IMG/VR virus record: IMGVR_UViG_3300041409_000157
Location: 1-64,000 of that record
Strand: one strand, 5' to 3'
Length of the DNA: 64,000 nt
From: a virus
A model generated the notes under the pieces. The model was given only the letters and a program-made list of their open reading frames with translations, made no database searches and was not told the origin of the DNA. Shown here piece by piece: positions 36,220-45,098 of this stretch. A program made the translations under genes and the position numbers. Position 1 is the stretch's first letter. Every line of letters begins with the position of its first letter.

Positions 36220-36788
36220 AGTCCGCTCCCTTCCCAAAAGTCTTTGGAGTGATCGGCTTCAGGTGCCTTCCGGGAAGTGCTGCCAACCTTCCACGTCTCG
36301 GGGTCATCGTTGTAACGCTGCTGGTTGAACCACGTTGCCGGGTGAGGGGTGAAGGCTGGGTCCTCCTTCGCTCGGGATGCTGCGTAGAGCTTCACCTTTC
36401 GCAACAGGCCATCGAACTCAATGGTGAGGAGAGCGCGCTTGATGGCCTTCAAGGCTGCCGGTCTACCGACCTTTTTGGGATACTCCGCATAGATCAGCGC
36501 GGCGTATTCCGATGCGCTATCAGTCTTCTTGTTCTGCCGTTTCAGATGCGCCGCCCATGCTCTTGCCGCCCATGGGCGTAATTGCTCCTCGGTTATCGTT
36601 TCACCTTCCGCGTTGTCGAGCAGCCAGCAAGCGAGCCACTCGATGCCGTTGTAGAGGTCGCCGCCCACGGCAGACCCGGCAGACCCAGATGGTGCAGTTA
36701 ATGAGGACATCGTGATCTCGCGGCATCTTCCACCGCAGTAGCCGTCATCTACGACCGACGTTTCATGGCATTTTTCACAATTTCTCAT
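36216..36788 (-). CDS. Chimeric protein with replisome-organizer C-terminal domain
   Basis: YPKKVG..A.KA..PHPATWFNQQRYND directly upstream of DnaC-like gene. Confidence 0.7.
   Translation of the reverse strand: MRNCEKCHETSVVDDGYCGGRCREITMSSLTAPSGSAGSAVGGDLYNGIEWLACWLLDNAEGETITEEQLRPWAARAWAAHLKRQNKKTDSASEYAALIYAEYPKKVGRPAALKAIKRALLTIEFDGLLRKVKLYAASRAKEDPAFTPHPATWFNQQRYNDDPETWKVGSTSRKAPEADHSKDFWEGSGL
36531..36710 (+). mobile_element. Degenerate integron-cassette-like remnant
   Basis: GTTCTGCCGT at 36531 versus ACGGCAGACC at 36667, then attC-like GCAGACC-CAGAT-GGTGCAG. Confidence 0.4.
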
Positions 36789-36791
36789 AGC

Positions 36792-36998
36792 TTACAGTCC
36801 CTCCACTGCCTGTTGAATTGAAAAACACGGAAGCTCTCCATCGCCGCATTGCGGACACTGAAAGTTGTCCCAACACCCCGTCCACCGGACGTGGCACTTG
36901 TCGCAATACATGGAGCGAGAGTATGCCGGATCAACGGCTGAAAAATTGCCAAGATACTTGTAAGATTGATAAGTGGATATGTCATGTGATTCACTCAT
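36792..36998 (-). CDS. Small zinc-ribbon protein
   Basis: CDKC..W.GCWD..CPQC; ATGA-coupled. Confidence 0.6.
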   Translation of the reverse strand: MSESHDISTYQSYKYLGNFSAVDPAYSRSMYCDKCHVRWTGCWDNFQCPQCGDGELPCFSIQQAVEGL

Positions 36999-37174
36999 GG
37001 CGTCTCCTTCTTCCCGCCCCACTGCCGCTTCGTCTTCTCCGAAATACTCGCGCACGTTGCCTCATCCAGCCCTTCCCGGCCCATCGGGAGCTTCCCGCAC
37101 AGGTTGCACCGGCCGGGGCGTTTCTTGAGGGCCTTGCACTGGGGGCACTTGAAGCGGGTGGAGCGGGGGATCAT
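36995..37174 (-). CDS. Small Cys-rich basic protein (59 aa)
   Basis: Hand-translated MIPRSTRFKCPQCK..RCNLCGK; coupled stop. Confidence 0.5.
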   Translation of the reverse strand: MIPRSTRFKCPQCKALKKRPGRCNLCGKLPMGREGLDEATCASISEKTKRQWGGKKETP

Positions 37175-37179
37175 TTGGG

Positions 37180-37842
37180 TTAGGTTTTGAACTTTCTGAC
37201 CGGCGTTGATACGGCGCGCTCATCAGACCAACCGCTTTGAAGTCTTGCGTGAATGACAGCGTAACTGATACCGACGTGATCGGACCACTGAGACGCGGTT
37301 TTAGTAATCCCGGAAACGGTTACCATGCGATTATTCCGGCGATTGTTTTGCTGTGTCTTGCAGGTGGCCCATCTACAGTTTGAAGGCTCATAGTTGCCGT
37401 CCGAATTTACTCGATCTAGACTCATTCCGTCTGGACGTAGCCCCATGTCATCCCAAAAGTTCTGGAAATCTAACCACCTCTCACAAACTTTTATACCTCG
37501 ACCTCCATAAACATGGAATCGATTGTTCTTTTTTCTACGGCACCTTTCCAACATGTTTCTCCATGAGGTTAGCGATCCTCGCATCGCTTGAGACCCGTAG
37601 GCTCCGTGAGTCCTGTGGGACTCGGACTTTCGCTGTCTCTGGTAGCATCCGCATGACCCGCTCAAACCCCTAACCAAGCTTGATGAGTAAATGGATGCAG
37701 TTCCGCCGCAATCACAAACACAATTCCAGTGAACTCTTTCCCCATTTTTCCTGTTAAGATCACGACCAACGACTGTCAGTCGGTGAAATCTTTTCCCAGT
37801 TAAATCCAGGAAACTTGGTTGAGAGCTAAGTTTTTTGTTCAT
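37180..37842 (-). CDS. Free-standing HNH homing endonuclease
   Basis: DLTGKRFHRL, CVCDCG, SCGC, YGGRGIKVCERW, SLDRVNSDGNYEPSNCRWAT..QQNNR; lower GC. Confidence 0.9.
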   Translation of the reverse strand: MNKKLSSQPSFLDLTGKRFHRLTVVGRDLNRKNGERVHWNCVCDCGGTASIYSSSLVRGLSGSCGCYQRQRKSESHRTHGAYGSQAMRGSLTSWRNMLERCRRKKNNRFHVYGGRGIKVCERWLDFQNFWDDMGLRPDGMSLDRVNSDGNYEPSNCRWATCKTQQNNRRNNRMVTVSGITKTASQWSDHVGISYAVIHARLQSGWSDERAVSTPVRKFKT

Positions 37843-37960
37843 AAACGAAAAGCCGCCCCGCCCCTCGAAAGTGAACCCGGCGCACGTTGGAGCCGCAGTC
37901 GAAGGACAGGACGGTGAATTCGTTTTCATCGTGCTTTTTGAGGCTGGTTCAGAGCCGGGT

Positions 37961-38905
37961 TCAATTTACCGCTGTGGGACGACTTTGCAAGCCCGCTCTC
38001 TCAATGAACCGGCTTGGATGGTGAGACTCAATGGAATGGCTGTAATCGTTGGGCCGCTCTCCGCAGTGAGAAATGAAGAGCCGATTGCGGGCGCGAGTGA
38101 ACGCCACAAAGCAGATGCGGGTTTCTTCTTCCTCGCATCGTTTGGCTGGAAAAATCTCGTCCTCGAAGGCTGGGAGATACACGTCATTGGCTTCCAAACC
38201 CTTAAAAGAATGAATGGTGGACACCCTTACGCCACCACCCACCTGATCCTCCGGCTCCTCCTGAAGCATCGCGCAGGCGAGATCCGCAAGGTCGCTGCCT
38301 TCGGGCACGGTTGTGTGGAGCTTCTCCACGGCTTCGATGGTGGACTGGCTCATGGAAGCGCACGCCATGGCGTGTAAAGCCGCCTCCAGCGTGTTTCCCG
38401 GCAGCTTGACCACCTCGGATACGCTCCCCATCTGCGCTGCCGCTGCTGCCTTGGCCTTGCGTGCTGCCTCCGGTCCTGCCGCCATGGCCACGAAGGCCAG
38501 CGCCAGCCGGTCATTCTCAGGATTCGCGCACAGGCTCACCACGATCTGCGCCTTCTGCCATTCCTCCGGCTTGGCCTTCGCCTTGGGCTCCCGCACAGGA
38601 ATCCCCGCAGCGCGCAACCCCTCCACCCACACGTCCACCAGCTTGTTGGTGCGGAGCAGGACGGCGGCTTCTTCGTATGGGCACGAGCCACCATCTGCGT
38701 AGTGCGCTATACATAACGCTACAAGGGCAATCTCCTGCTGTTGGCTGAAGCATGTTCCCACCCTGACATCCCCTTCATGGCCCGTGAGGCTAACTGCCTG
38801 CATGTCCACCCGGTCGGGGGTGTGGCGGATGACTGCGTTGGCGGCATCCAGGATGCGCTGGCCGCAGCGGTAGCAGCCGGAGAGTTTGTAGAGGGTGGGT
38901 TTCAT
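37961..38905 (-). CDS. UvrD/PcrA-like SF1 helicase, C-terminal half
   Basis: Motif IV CYRC, AVLLRTN, V STIHSFKGLE, VI ETRICFVAFTRAR; GGAGG RBS plus ATGA overlap. Confidence 0.85.
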   Translation of the reverse strand: MKPTLYKLSGCYRCGQRILDAANAVIRHTPDRVDMQAVSLTGHEGDVRVGTCFSQQQEIALVALCIAHYADGGSCPYEEAAVLLRTNKLVDVWVEGLRAAGIPVREPKAKAKPEEWQKAQIVVSLCANPENDRLALAFVAMAAGPEAARKAKAAAAAQMGSVSEVVKLPGNTLEAALHAMACASMSQSTIEAVEKLHTTVPEGSDLADLACAMLQEEPEDQVGGGVRVSTIHSFKGLEANDVYLPAFEDEIFPAKRCEEEETRICFVAFTRARNRLFISHCGERPNDYSHSIESHHPSRFIERAGLQSRPTAVN

Positions 38906-39711
38906 ATAGCCTCCAAGCACATCTTTCCAAACCTCTCCGACGCACCCCTGAAGGACATGATGCGCTGGTCGGCATCCCCACAAAAGTAACGGTTCACCAC
39001 CGGCATCTCCTCGTAAATGCAGAAGTCCATGTCCGAGCTGTCCTGCGCTTCATCTACGACCAGATGCTCAAATTGGAACGGCCACTTCCCGGCACGAATC
39101 ATCATCAGTCCACAGCGGAGAATCCCGTCGTAGTCGATCACCCCGGCATCCACCATCTTCTGCTGGTAATAGGCCGCGATGATGTCCACCTTGTCAGCAG
39201 GCTCCAGCGCATCCATCACCCGCGCCGCCCTCTCCCGCACCTCCTTCAGCGAACCCTTGTAGCGAATCTCCGCCATCGACTCCTTGAGCAGCTCCTCCGC
39301 CCCAGCTTCGTTGAGCACGCTGGGAGGCGAGGAGTAGCCACAGACGGAGGGGGTCTTGCGGATGGCCTTCAGGAGAAGTTGGTGGAGCGTTCCAGCGTGC
39401 GCCAGCTTGAGTGGGCATCCTCGGCAGTTGGGACATTGGAACGAATACGCCTCGGGAGATACTCCTGGATCAACGCCCGTAACGACACCGCTTCCACCGC
39501 AGGTCTTGCACTGCAACCGCTCCTGAATCTCCTTCGCCGCAGCATGGGTGAAAGTCACCACACAGATGCGCTCTGGAGATACGCCGGACTGAATCAGGTG
39601 GTGGATGCGCTCGACGATGACGCGGGTCTTGCCGCTGCCGGGGCAACTTGACACCACCACGCATGGCTCGGTGGCGGTTACGGCGGCGAGCTGTTCGGGG
39701 GAGAGGGTCAT
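38902..39711 (-). CDS. UvrD/PcrA-like SF1 helicase, N-terminal half with Zn-finger insertion
   Basis: LSPEQ, PGSGKT, VTFTHAAA, TLH, VDEAQD, GDADQRIMSFRGA. Confidence 0.9.
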   Translation of the reverse strand: MTLSPEQLAAVTATEPCVVVSSCPGSGKTRVIVERIHHLIQSGVSPERICVVTFTHAAAKEIQERLQCKTCGGSGVVTGVDPGVSPEAYSFQCPNCRGCPLKLAHAGTLHQLLLKAIRKTPSVCGYSSPPSVLNEAGAEELLKESMAEIRYKGSLKEVRERAARVMDALEPADKVDIIAAYYQQKMVDAGVIDYDGILRCGLMMIRAGKWPFQFEHLVVDEAQDSSDMDFCIYEEMPVVNRYFCGDADQRIMSFRGASERFGKMCLEAI

Positions 39712-39713
39712 TT

Positions 39714-40491
39714 GTTATGCCGCATCATCACGCCCTCGCAGTTTCGAGAGCCTTTGAGCAGCGATTGTGCAGTATTCATGGTTGATTTCGATGCCGATGG
39801 ATTTGCGTCCTTCCAGACGAGCGGCCACCAGTGTTGAGCCGACGTCGCAGAACGGGTCGAGCACGGTTTCCCCGATCACGGATGATGATTCGATGAGTTG
39901 TCGGAGCAGCATCACTGGCTTCTCGGTTGGATGCTTTGTCACCGCGCCGCCCTGAGTTCGCTGCACCCTTAACACGCTGCCCTTCCGCATTCTGGCGGAC
40001 AGGTTTCCATAGCCTTTGGCGCGGTTCGCGGCACTGAGTTCATACACACCGAAGGTTATCGGCTCGTGCTCCGTTCCCCACGGCGATTGCAGGTCCCCCA
40101 TGCCGATGATTCCTTTGTCCCAGATGAGTTCGGTTACTCCGCACAGTGGCAGGTTTCCAATTTCCAGCTTCCCGAAGATGTAGGCGTGTCGGCCTCTGCG
40201 GAGTTGGCGGATGGCCGTTTCCAGCACAGCGAGCACACCGCCCGCATCTACTGCCTTGTCGTTTGCGATGGCATCGAAGCGTTGTTTGCGATTGTTGCTC
40301 CGGTATTCCACGCCGTAGGGCGGGTCAGTCACCAGCACGTCAGCGGTCACGTTTGGCAGCACATCGGCAGCGTCGGCGCAGTAGAGCGTTGTCCATTCGT
40401 CCTCGTAGAATGCGGCATAACCCGACGCTGGAGCGAATGACTGCCCCGCCACGTTGTCCGCGAGTTCGAGAGTCTGTTGAGGAGTAGTCAT
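39714..40491 (+). mobile_element. Integron gene-cassette-like unit with truncated attC, ORF antisense
   Basis: 12-bp inverted repeat GTTATGCCGCAT (39714) / ATGCGGCATAAC (40410); RYYYAAC-5bp-GCTGGAGCG then ATGACTGCCCC...GGAGTAGTCAT hairpin. Confidence 0.65.
39715..40491 (-). CDS. N6-adenine/N4-cytosine DNA methyltransferase (beta class)
   Basis: TDPPY, HPTEKP, VLDPFCDVGST, IGIEI. Confidence 0.9.
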   Translation of the reverse strand: MTTPQQTLELADNVAGQSFAPASGYAAFYEDEWTTLYCADAADVLPNVTADVLVTDPPYGVEYRSNNRKQRFDAIANDKAVDAGGVLAVLETAIRQLRRGRHAYIFGKLEIGNLPLCGVTELIWDKGIIGMGDLQSPWGTEHEPITFGVYELSAANRAKGYGNLSARMRKGSVLRVQRTQGGAVTKHPTEKPVMLLRQLIESSSVIGETVLDPFCDVGSTLVAARLEGRKSIGIEINHEYCTIAAQRLSKLRGRDDAA

Positions 40492-42374
40492 ACAGTCCTC
40501 ACATCCACCAGTTCCACGCCCTCCACCCCCTCAAGTTCCTTACCCCGCACAATGCACCCAAGGCATTGCGTGATGACACCCGACTCAATCGCCTTGCGGA
40601 TGTCCTGGAAGAGCGGCCCAAGGCGCTTGGCCTCCACGTTGTCCAGATTATCCAGCAGGAGCACCCGCAGCGGAGAACCGCTCGCACCAGCCAGCGCCGC
40701 GCACACCGCCGCTGAAGCAATCATGCGGTCGCTCTCGTTAAAGCTACGCAGGGCGATGAACTTGCGGCCCTTCCACCGGCCGATGCGCTGCTCGTGATAC
40801 GCCAGCGGGGTTTCGAGCACGGTCCCGGCGATGGCGTTTGCGCTGGCGAGGATTGGCCCGATGGCTTTGTCCACGGCTTCCGCCTGAAGCTCATCCACCA
40901 GCTTCTTCACCTCGCGCCACGCCTCGGACTCTTTCGCCACGCGGTCAGCCTCCTCCGCTGCCTTGAGCTTGGCGGCAATTTCACCCTTTGCGGCATTGGC
41001 TTGGCGGACTTCCAGGGTGAGGGGCTGGATGCGCTGCTGGAGAGCGACAATCTCGTTCTCGCATTCGTTCAGCCCGCTGTCTGGAGCCAGCTCAACGACG
41101 TCAGCCAAAGATTCCAGCTCCCCGCGCAGGCGTTCAGCCACCCGTTCATCGGCATCCAGTTGCTTCAGATGGTCCTGCAAGACCCGCAGGTCAGCCTTCA
41201 GAGCCTCAAACGTGCTGGCCGCACCGCGCCCAGAGGACTCAAGGTCCTTCACCAGTCGCACTCGTGAAGCATGAGCCTCAACGGAAACCTTCCGCTCCTG
41301 CTCCAGCTTCAGAAGCACGGCGTCGCTCCACCCCTCGGTGGCGGTGCCGCAGAGCGGGCAGGAAATCTTGTTGTCCAGATGGCTCTGCTTCTTCTCGTTG
41401 TCCAGCAGGGCCGCAGCCAGAGCGGCAATCGTTGCGCGCTCAGTGTGGATGGACAACTTGATCTCGGACACCCTATCTCCTGCGCTGCACACGCACTGCT
41501 CAAGTAACGCGATCCTGACCAGCAGTTCCTCCCGGCGTTCAGTGACTGCCGCACTCCCCGCCAGATGCGTCTCCAGCTCCACCTTCCGGGCATACCGGGT
41601 CCACGCCTGCTGGAGGGCCGATTCCACCGCCTGCTTCCGTGCGGCCAGCTCGGAGAGCTTCCGGTTCAACTCCGCCAGTTGCTTCTCCGCAGCGCTGTTC
41701 ACGAGCTGCTTGGCTTGGGCGCGAAGCTGGGTGAGTCCTTCCAGGGTTGCCGTCATGCGCTTGGCCGCAGCCTGCGTCTCGCTGCACCGCTTCTTGGCCA
41801 CCTCCGCGAAGGTATCCAGCCATTCAGGTGCCGTGACGCTGCCGCTGAGGGTCTTCCAGTGGTTGAGGATTTCATCCGTCACCTTGATGACGGCTTCCTG
41901 CGCGGCAGTGTCGTGCTCCTTCAACTCCAGCGTGCGCGCCTTGGCAGCCAGCACCGGCCCGAACTTCTCCTCGCAACCGCTCAGGCGGAAGGCCAGCTTC
42001 ACGCGCTCCCGGTCGGAGAGCTTGAAGTATTCGCTGGCGTCAATACAGAGGGGGATGACCTTGCCGGGGAGCTTGCCCTGCTCGATGCACTTCACCGTCT
42101 TGTCATCGCCACTCCAAGTGCGGGACATGGAGGTGCCATCGCTGAACACTGCGCTGACCCCCATCGTGGAGCCGCTCCCGTAGGCTTCCAGCAGGTCGCA
42201 GTTCATGCGCTTCACCTCAGCGTTGGGGTGATAGCCGAACAGCGCGAGCGGGACCGCGTCGAGTCGTGCCGACTTGCCGTGCCCGTTGGGGGCGTGGAAC
42301 ACGGTGATTGGCGACAGTTCGTGTGTGAAGGAAAGACCCTTCAGGCCGGTCGCGGAGATGTGGGTGATGTTCAT
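40488..42374 (-). CDS. SbcC/Rad50-like ABC ATPase
   Basis: Walker A PNGHGKS, long coiled coil, zinc hook CPLCG, Walker B LLLDNLD; true start MNITHIS at 42374. Confidence 0.85.
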   Translation of the reverse strand: MNITHISATGLKGLSFTHELSPITVFHAPNGHGKSARLDAVPLALFGYHPNAEVKRMNCDLLEAYGSGSTMGVSAVFSDGTSMSRTWSGDDKTVKCIEQGKLPGKVIPLCIDASEYFKLSDRERVKLAFRLSGCEEKFGPVLAAKARTLELKEHDTAAQEAVIKVTDEILNHWKTLSGSVTAPEWLDTFAEVAKKRCSETQAAAKRMTATLEGLTQLRAQAKQLVNSAAEKQLAELNRKLSELAARKQAVESALQQAWTRYARKVELETHLAGSAAVTERREELLVRIALLEQCVCSAGDRVSEIKLSIHTERATIAALAAALLDNEKKQSHLDNKISCPLCGTATEGWSDAVLLKLEQERKVSVEAHASRVRLVKDLESSGRGAASTFEALKADLRVLQDHLKQLDADERVAERLRGELESLADVVELAPDSGLNECENEIVALQQRIQPLTLEVRQANAAKGEIAAKLKAAEEADRVAKESEAWREVKKLVDELQAEAVDKAIGPILASANAIAGTVLETPLAYHEQRIGRWKGRKFIALRSFNESDRMIASAAVCAALAGASGSPLRVLLLDNLDNVEAKRLGPLFQDIRKAIESGVITQCLGCIVRGKELEGVEGVELVDVRTV

Positions 42375-42376
42375 AA

Positions 42377-42597
<221 letters not shown>

Positions 42598-42601
<4 letters not shown>

Positions 42602-42951
42602 TTCTGACTCCTTGGCATTGAGAATGCGACTTGGTGGGCATCCAGCACAGCGCCTCGCCCGATGATTACGCGTGCGGAATTCGGGTATGGCTCCACCTCG
42701 GAGAACTCGCCCTTTTCGATGGCTTGAGCGAAACGCCCATCGTCAGCGATCCACGCGGCGTCAGTGAGCACCAGCTCATGCTCATGCACTTCGACGAGCG
42801 TGCCGGTGTAGTGATGAGTCACGGTGCGGATGAAGTAATTCTTCCCGACAACGTATGGAGACGTGTCGGGTGTAACTGCCTGCTTAGAGATTGGGCCGAA
42901 CAGGGCCTGCACCTCCATGACTTGACCGATGGTGAGTTCAGAGATTTTCAT
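42598..42951 (-). CDS. Small beta-barrel (Sm-like?) phage protein
   Basis: YFIRTVTHHYTGTLV..ELVLTDAAWIAD.GRF; family typically precedes Gly/Ser-rich ORFs. Confidence 0.7.
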
Positions 42952-42981
42952 AAGGTTTCTGTATTACGCAAATCGTTCAGA

Positions 42982-43797
42982 TCAAAACGGAACTTCAGAA
43001 TCGGCTTCCCCGTTGTTCGCCTCAGCATCCGCCGCGGCGTGATCCGCGGGCGGCTCATCCTGCTCGGGCTCCGGCTGCGGCGTGCTGGCCGGAGCGGCAC
43101 CCGTCACAGCCTGCTCCGTCTTGGTGCGCGCGAAGTATTGCTTGAGGTAGTTCTGGAGGGTGACGTCGAGGGCTTTGGCCTGAGCTTCGGCTTCCTCAGA
43201 GGCTGGCGTGAGGGAGAACACCGGGGTGCGATACTTCACCGCCCCGGTCTTGCCCTCAGCGAAGGCCGTGATGCGGATGGCCTGAAGGTAATACTCCTTG
43301 ATGTCCGCTTCACCCACCCGCCGGGTGGCGCACTTGTAGCGGAACTCCGACCACGCATGGAGCGCGGCACCCTTGAAGCGGATGCTCCCAAGCTGGAGCG
43401 GCCCTTTCGGGTCTGGCCGGTAGGCGATGTAGAGGTTCGCGTTGAAGCGGCCATCCGCAGCGTTCACCACGTCCTTGATCTGGGAGTAGAGGCCGGAGGC
43501 GATGACGCCACCCTTGAAGGACTTCACGACCATCACATCGGCGCGCACGTCACGCACCTCGTTGGAGGTGATGCCACACTTGTGCTTGCCGTCGTAGCCG
43601 TCGATGCAGGAAAGCTCGTCGATGAGCAGGAAGGTGACCGGCAGCGGGACGCGGCGGCGTGCGCCGGGCTTGGCGTCGCCACTGTTCTGGACGGACTTGT
43701 CCCAGAAGGAAAGCATTCCGCCATCGGCCCCGCCTTCCCACTCGAACCAGCGGGTGCAGGGGTGAATTACTTGTGACTGTGGAGCTGAACGACTCAT
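42982..43797 (-). CDS. Putative ssDNA-binding protein
   Basis: Acidic flexible tail ending DSEVPF; in recombination cluster. Confidence 0.6.
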   Translation of the reverse strand: MSRSAPQSQVIHPCTRWFEWEGGADGGMLSFWDKSVQNSGDAKPGARRRVPLPVTFLLIDELSCIDGYDGKHKCGITSNEVRDVRADVMVVKSFKGGVIASGLYSQIKDVVNAADGRFNANLYIAYRPDPKGPLQLGSIRFKGAALHAWSEFRYKCATRRVGEADIKEYYLQAIRITAFAEGKTGAVKYRTPVFSLTPASEEAEAQAKALDVTLQNYLKQYFARTKTEQAVTGAAPASTPQPEPEQDEPPADHAAADAEANNGEADSEVPF

Positions 43798-43825
43798 GTG
43801 TTTTGTTTTTTAGGGTTGCTGAAAA

Positions 43826-44356
43826 CTAGGCCGCGACTTCGATGAGCTTCTTGCCGTTCATGTGGTCGAGCACAAGCTGGAGTGCGGTGCGGGAGGACTT
43901 GTCCGAAAGGAGTGCGTTGACCCGCTGCATAGAGTCGCCGCGCTGCTCCAGCTTTTCGCGGATTTCCTTCACGAGGTCGGCCCGCTCGTAGCGGACCATC
44001 TGCTTCTCCAACTTCAGGCGCTCAATCAGCGCGGCCTTCACATCGCCCGGCAACAGGTTGAAGATTTCGTCGAATTTGACACTCACGTAGCTGACGCCGG
44101 AGGTTGAGTGCTGATAGCCGAGATTGTAAACGATGCTGGCTTCCGGCACAGCGCCACGCTTGAGAACAAACTTCAGCAACGCCTTCTTGATGGAAACGGA
44201 GAGCTTTTCGATCTTCACCTTCAGGTCAGCGTTTTTTTTGTTGATCTCCTGAATGCGAAGCTGAACAAGCGCCTCGACAATTTCAGACTTGGTGGGCTTG
44301 GGTTGGACCGCCTGCTGGACAGCGGGCGGAATGAATGGTGTGATTGCGGTAGTCAT
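43826..44356 (-). CDS. Hypothetical protein
   Basis: ATGA-coupled ORF. Confidence 0.65.
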   Translation of the reverse strand: MTTAITPFIPPAVQQAVQPKPTKSEIVEALVQLRIQEINKKNADLKVKIEKLSVSIKKALLKFVLKRGAVPEASIVYNLGYQHSTSGVSYVSVKFDEIFNLLPGDVKAALIERLKLEKQMVRYERADLVKEIREKLEQRGDSMQRVNALLSDKSSRTALQLVLDHMNGKKLIEVAA

Positions 44357-44547
44357 TTGGGGGTTTGTTTCTGCGGTTTACGAACGAGAGCTTTCCTGAC
44401 CTCTGGGATGCCGATAAGCAGGGCCATGTTGGCGATCATGGAGGCGCTCAGCTTGCGACCGGTAGCGCGCTCCACATCGGAAATGATGGCCTTGACCTTC
44501 TCTGCCCCCTGCGGGTCGATCCTGATTTGGATGCTCTCTGCGTTCAT
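44353..44547 (-). CDS. Small RHH/Cro-like regulator, first gene of replication arm
   Basis: IQIRID beta strand plus helices; promoter with palindrome upstream. Confidence 0.55.
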   Translation of the reverse strand: MNAESIQIRIDPQGAEKVKAIISDVERATGRKLSASMIANMALLIGIPEVRKALVRKPQKQTPK

Positions 44548-44555
44548 CTGGGTGC

Positions 44556-44584
44556 AGAGTGGGGCAGAATGATTCTGCCGTCAA
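44556..44584 (-). promoter_or_regulatory. Promoter TTGACG-N17-CACTCT with perfect palindrome GGCAGAAT-N-ATTCTGCC in spacer
   Basis: Read directly. Confidence 0.6.
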
Positions 44585-44615
44585 CATCCTTTTTACGAAT
44601 TCTTGAAAAAGAATC

Positions 44616-45098
44616 CTACCGGCGTGCGCGGGCCGTCCAGTAGGAGTCCAATGCGCGGCGGATTTCACGGGCCAGAGCGTCCCCGGTAAGTTCGGATTTA
44701 TTGATGAATCCCGAGGCTCCCAGCGCACGCATCTCCTTCTCCACATCGTAGTAGCCGGAGACGCAGAGAAATGGCAGCTCGTAGGAATGCTCCCGCCACA
44801 TCCTCACTAAATCCGCTGCCGTGCCGCCATCCAGCCTGTAGTCCAGCACGGCCAGATCGTAACACCTGGTGGCAATCATCGCCATGGCCTGCCCCACCGA
44901 CTCCGCCATCTCCACTTGGCAGGAGCGCAGCGCCGGAAGCCGGAATAAATGCGTGAAGCACAGGCGCATGTCGTATTCGTCCTCCACCACGAGCACGCTG
45001 GCAGGCTCCACCTTTTCCGACGTGTCCCCAAACACTCTCCGCTCGCACTCATGGGCGGCGCGGGACAGGAAATGCGAATGCGACAGCGCGGTGGTCAC
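44616..45098 (-). CDS. Stand-alone response regulator receiver (CheY-like)
   Basis: VLVVEDE, YDLAVLDYRL (phospho-Asp), CVSG, GASGFINK; GTGA-coupled. Confidence 0.9.
   Translation of the reverse strand: MTTALSHSHFLSRAAHECERRVFGDTSEKVEPASVLVVEDEYDMRLCFTHLFRLPALRSCQVEMAESVGQAMAMIATRCYDLAVLDYRLDGGTAADLVRMWREHSYELPFLCVSGYYDVEKEMRALGASGFINKSELTGDALAREIRRALDSYWTARARR

Noticed and set aside
37180-37960. Group I intron around the HNH gene
   Set aside because: Flanking genes appear complete and no P7/catalytic core was recognisable; treated as free-standing
44231-44240. A8 slippery run (AAC AAA AAA AAC) in 43826..44356
   Set aside because: The -1 frame stops within two codons; no meaningful alternative product
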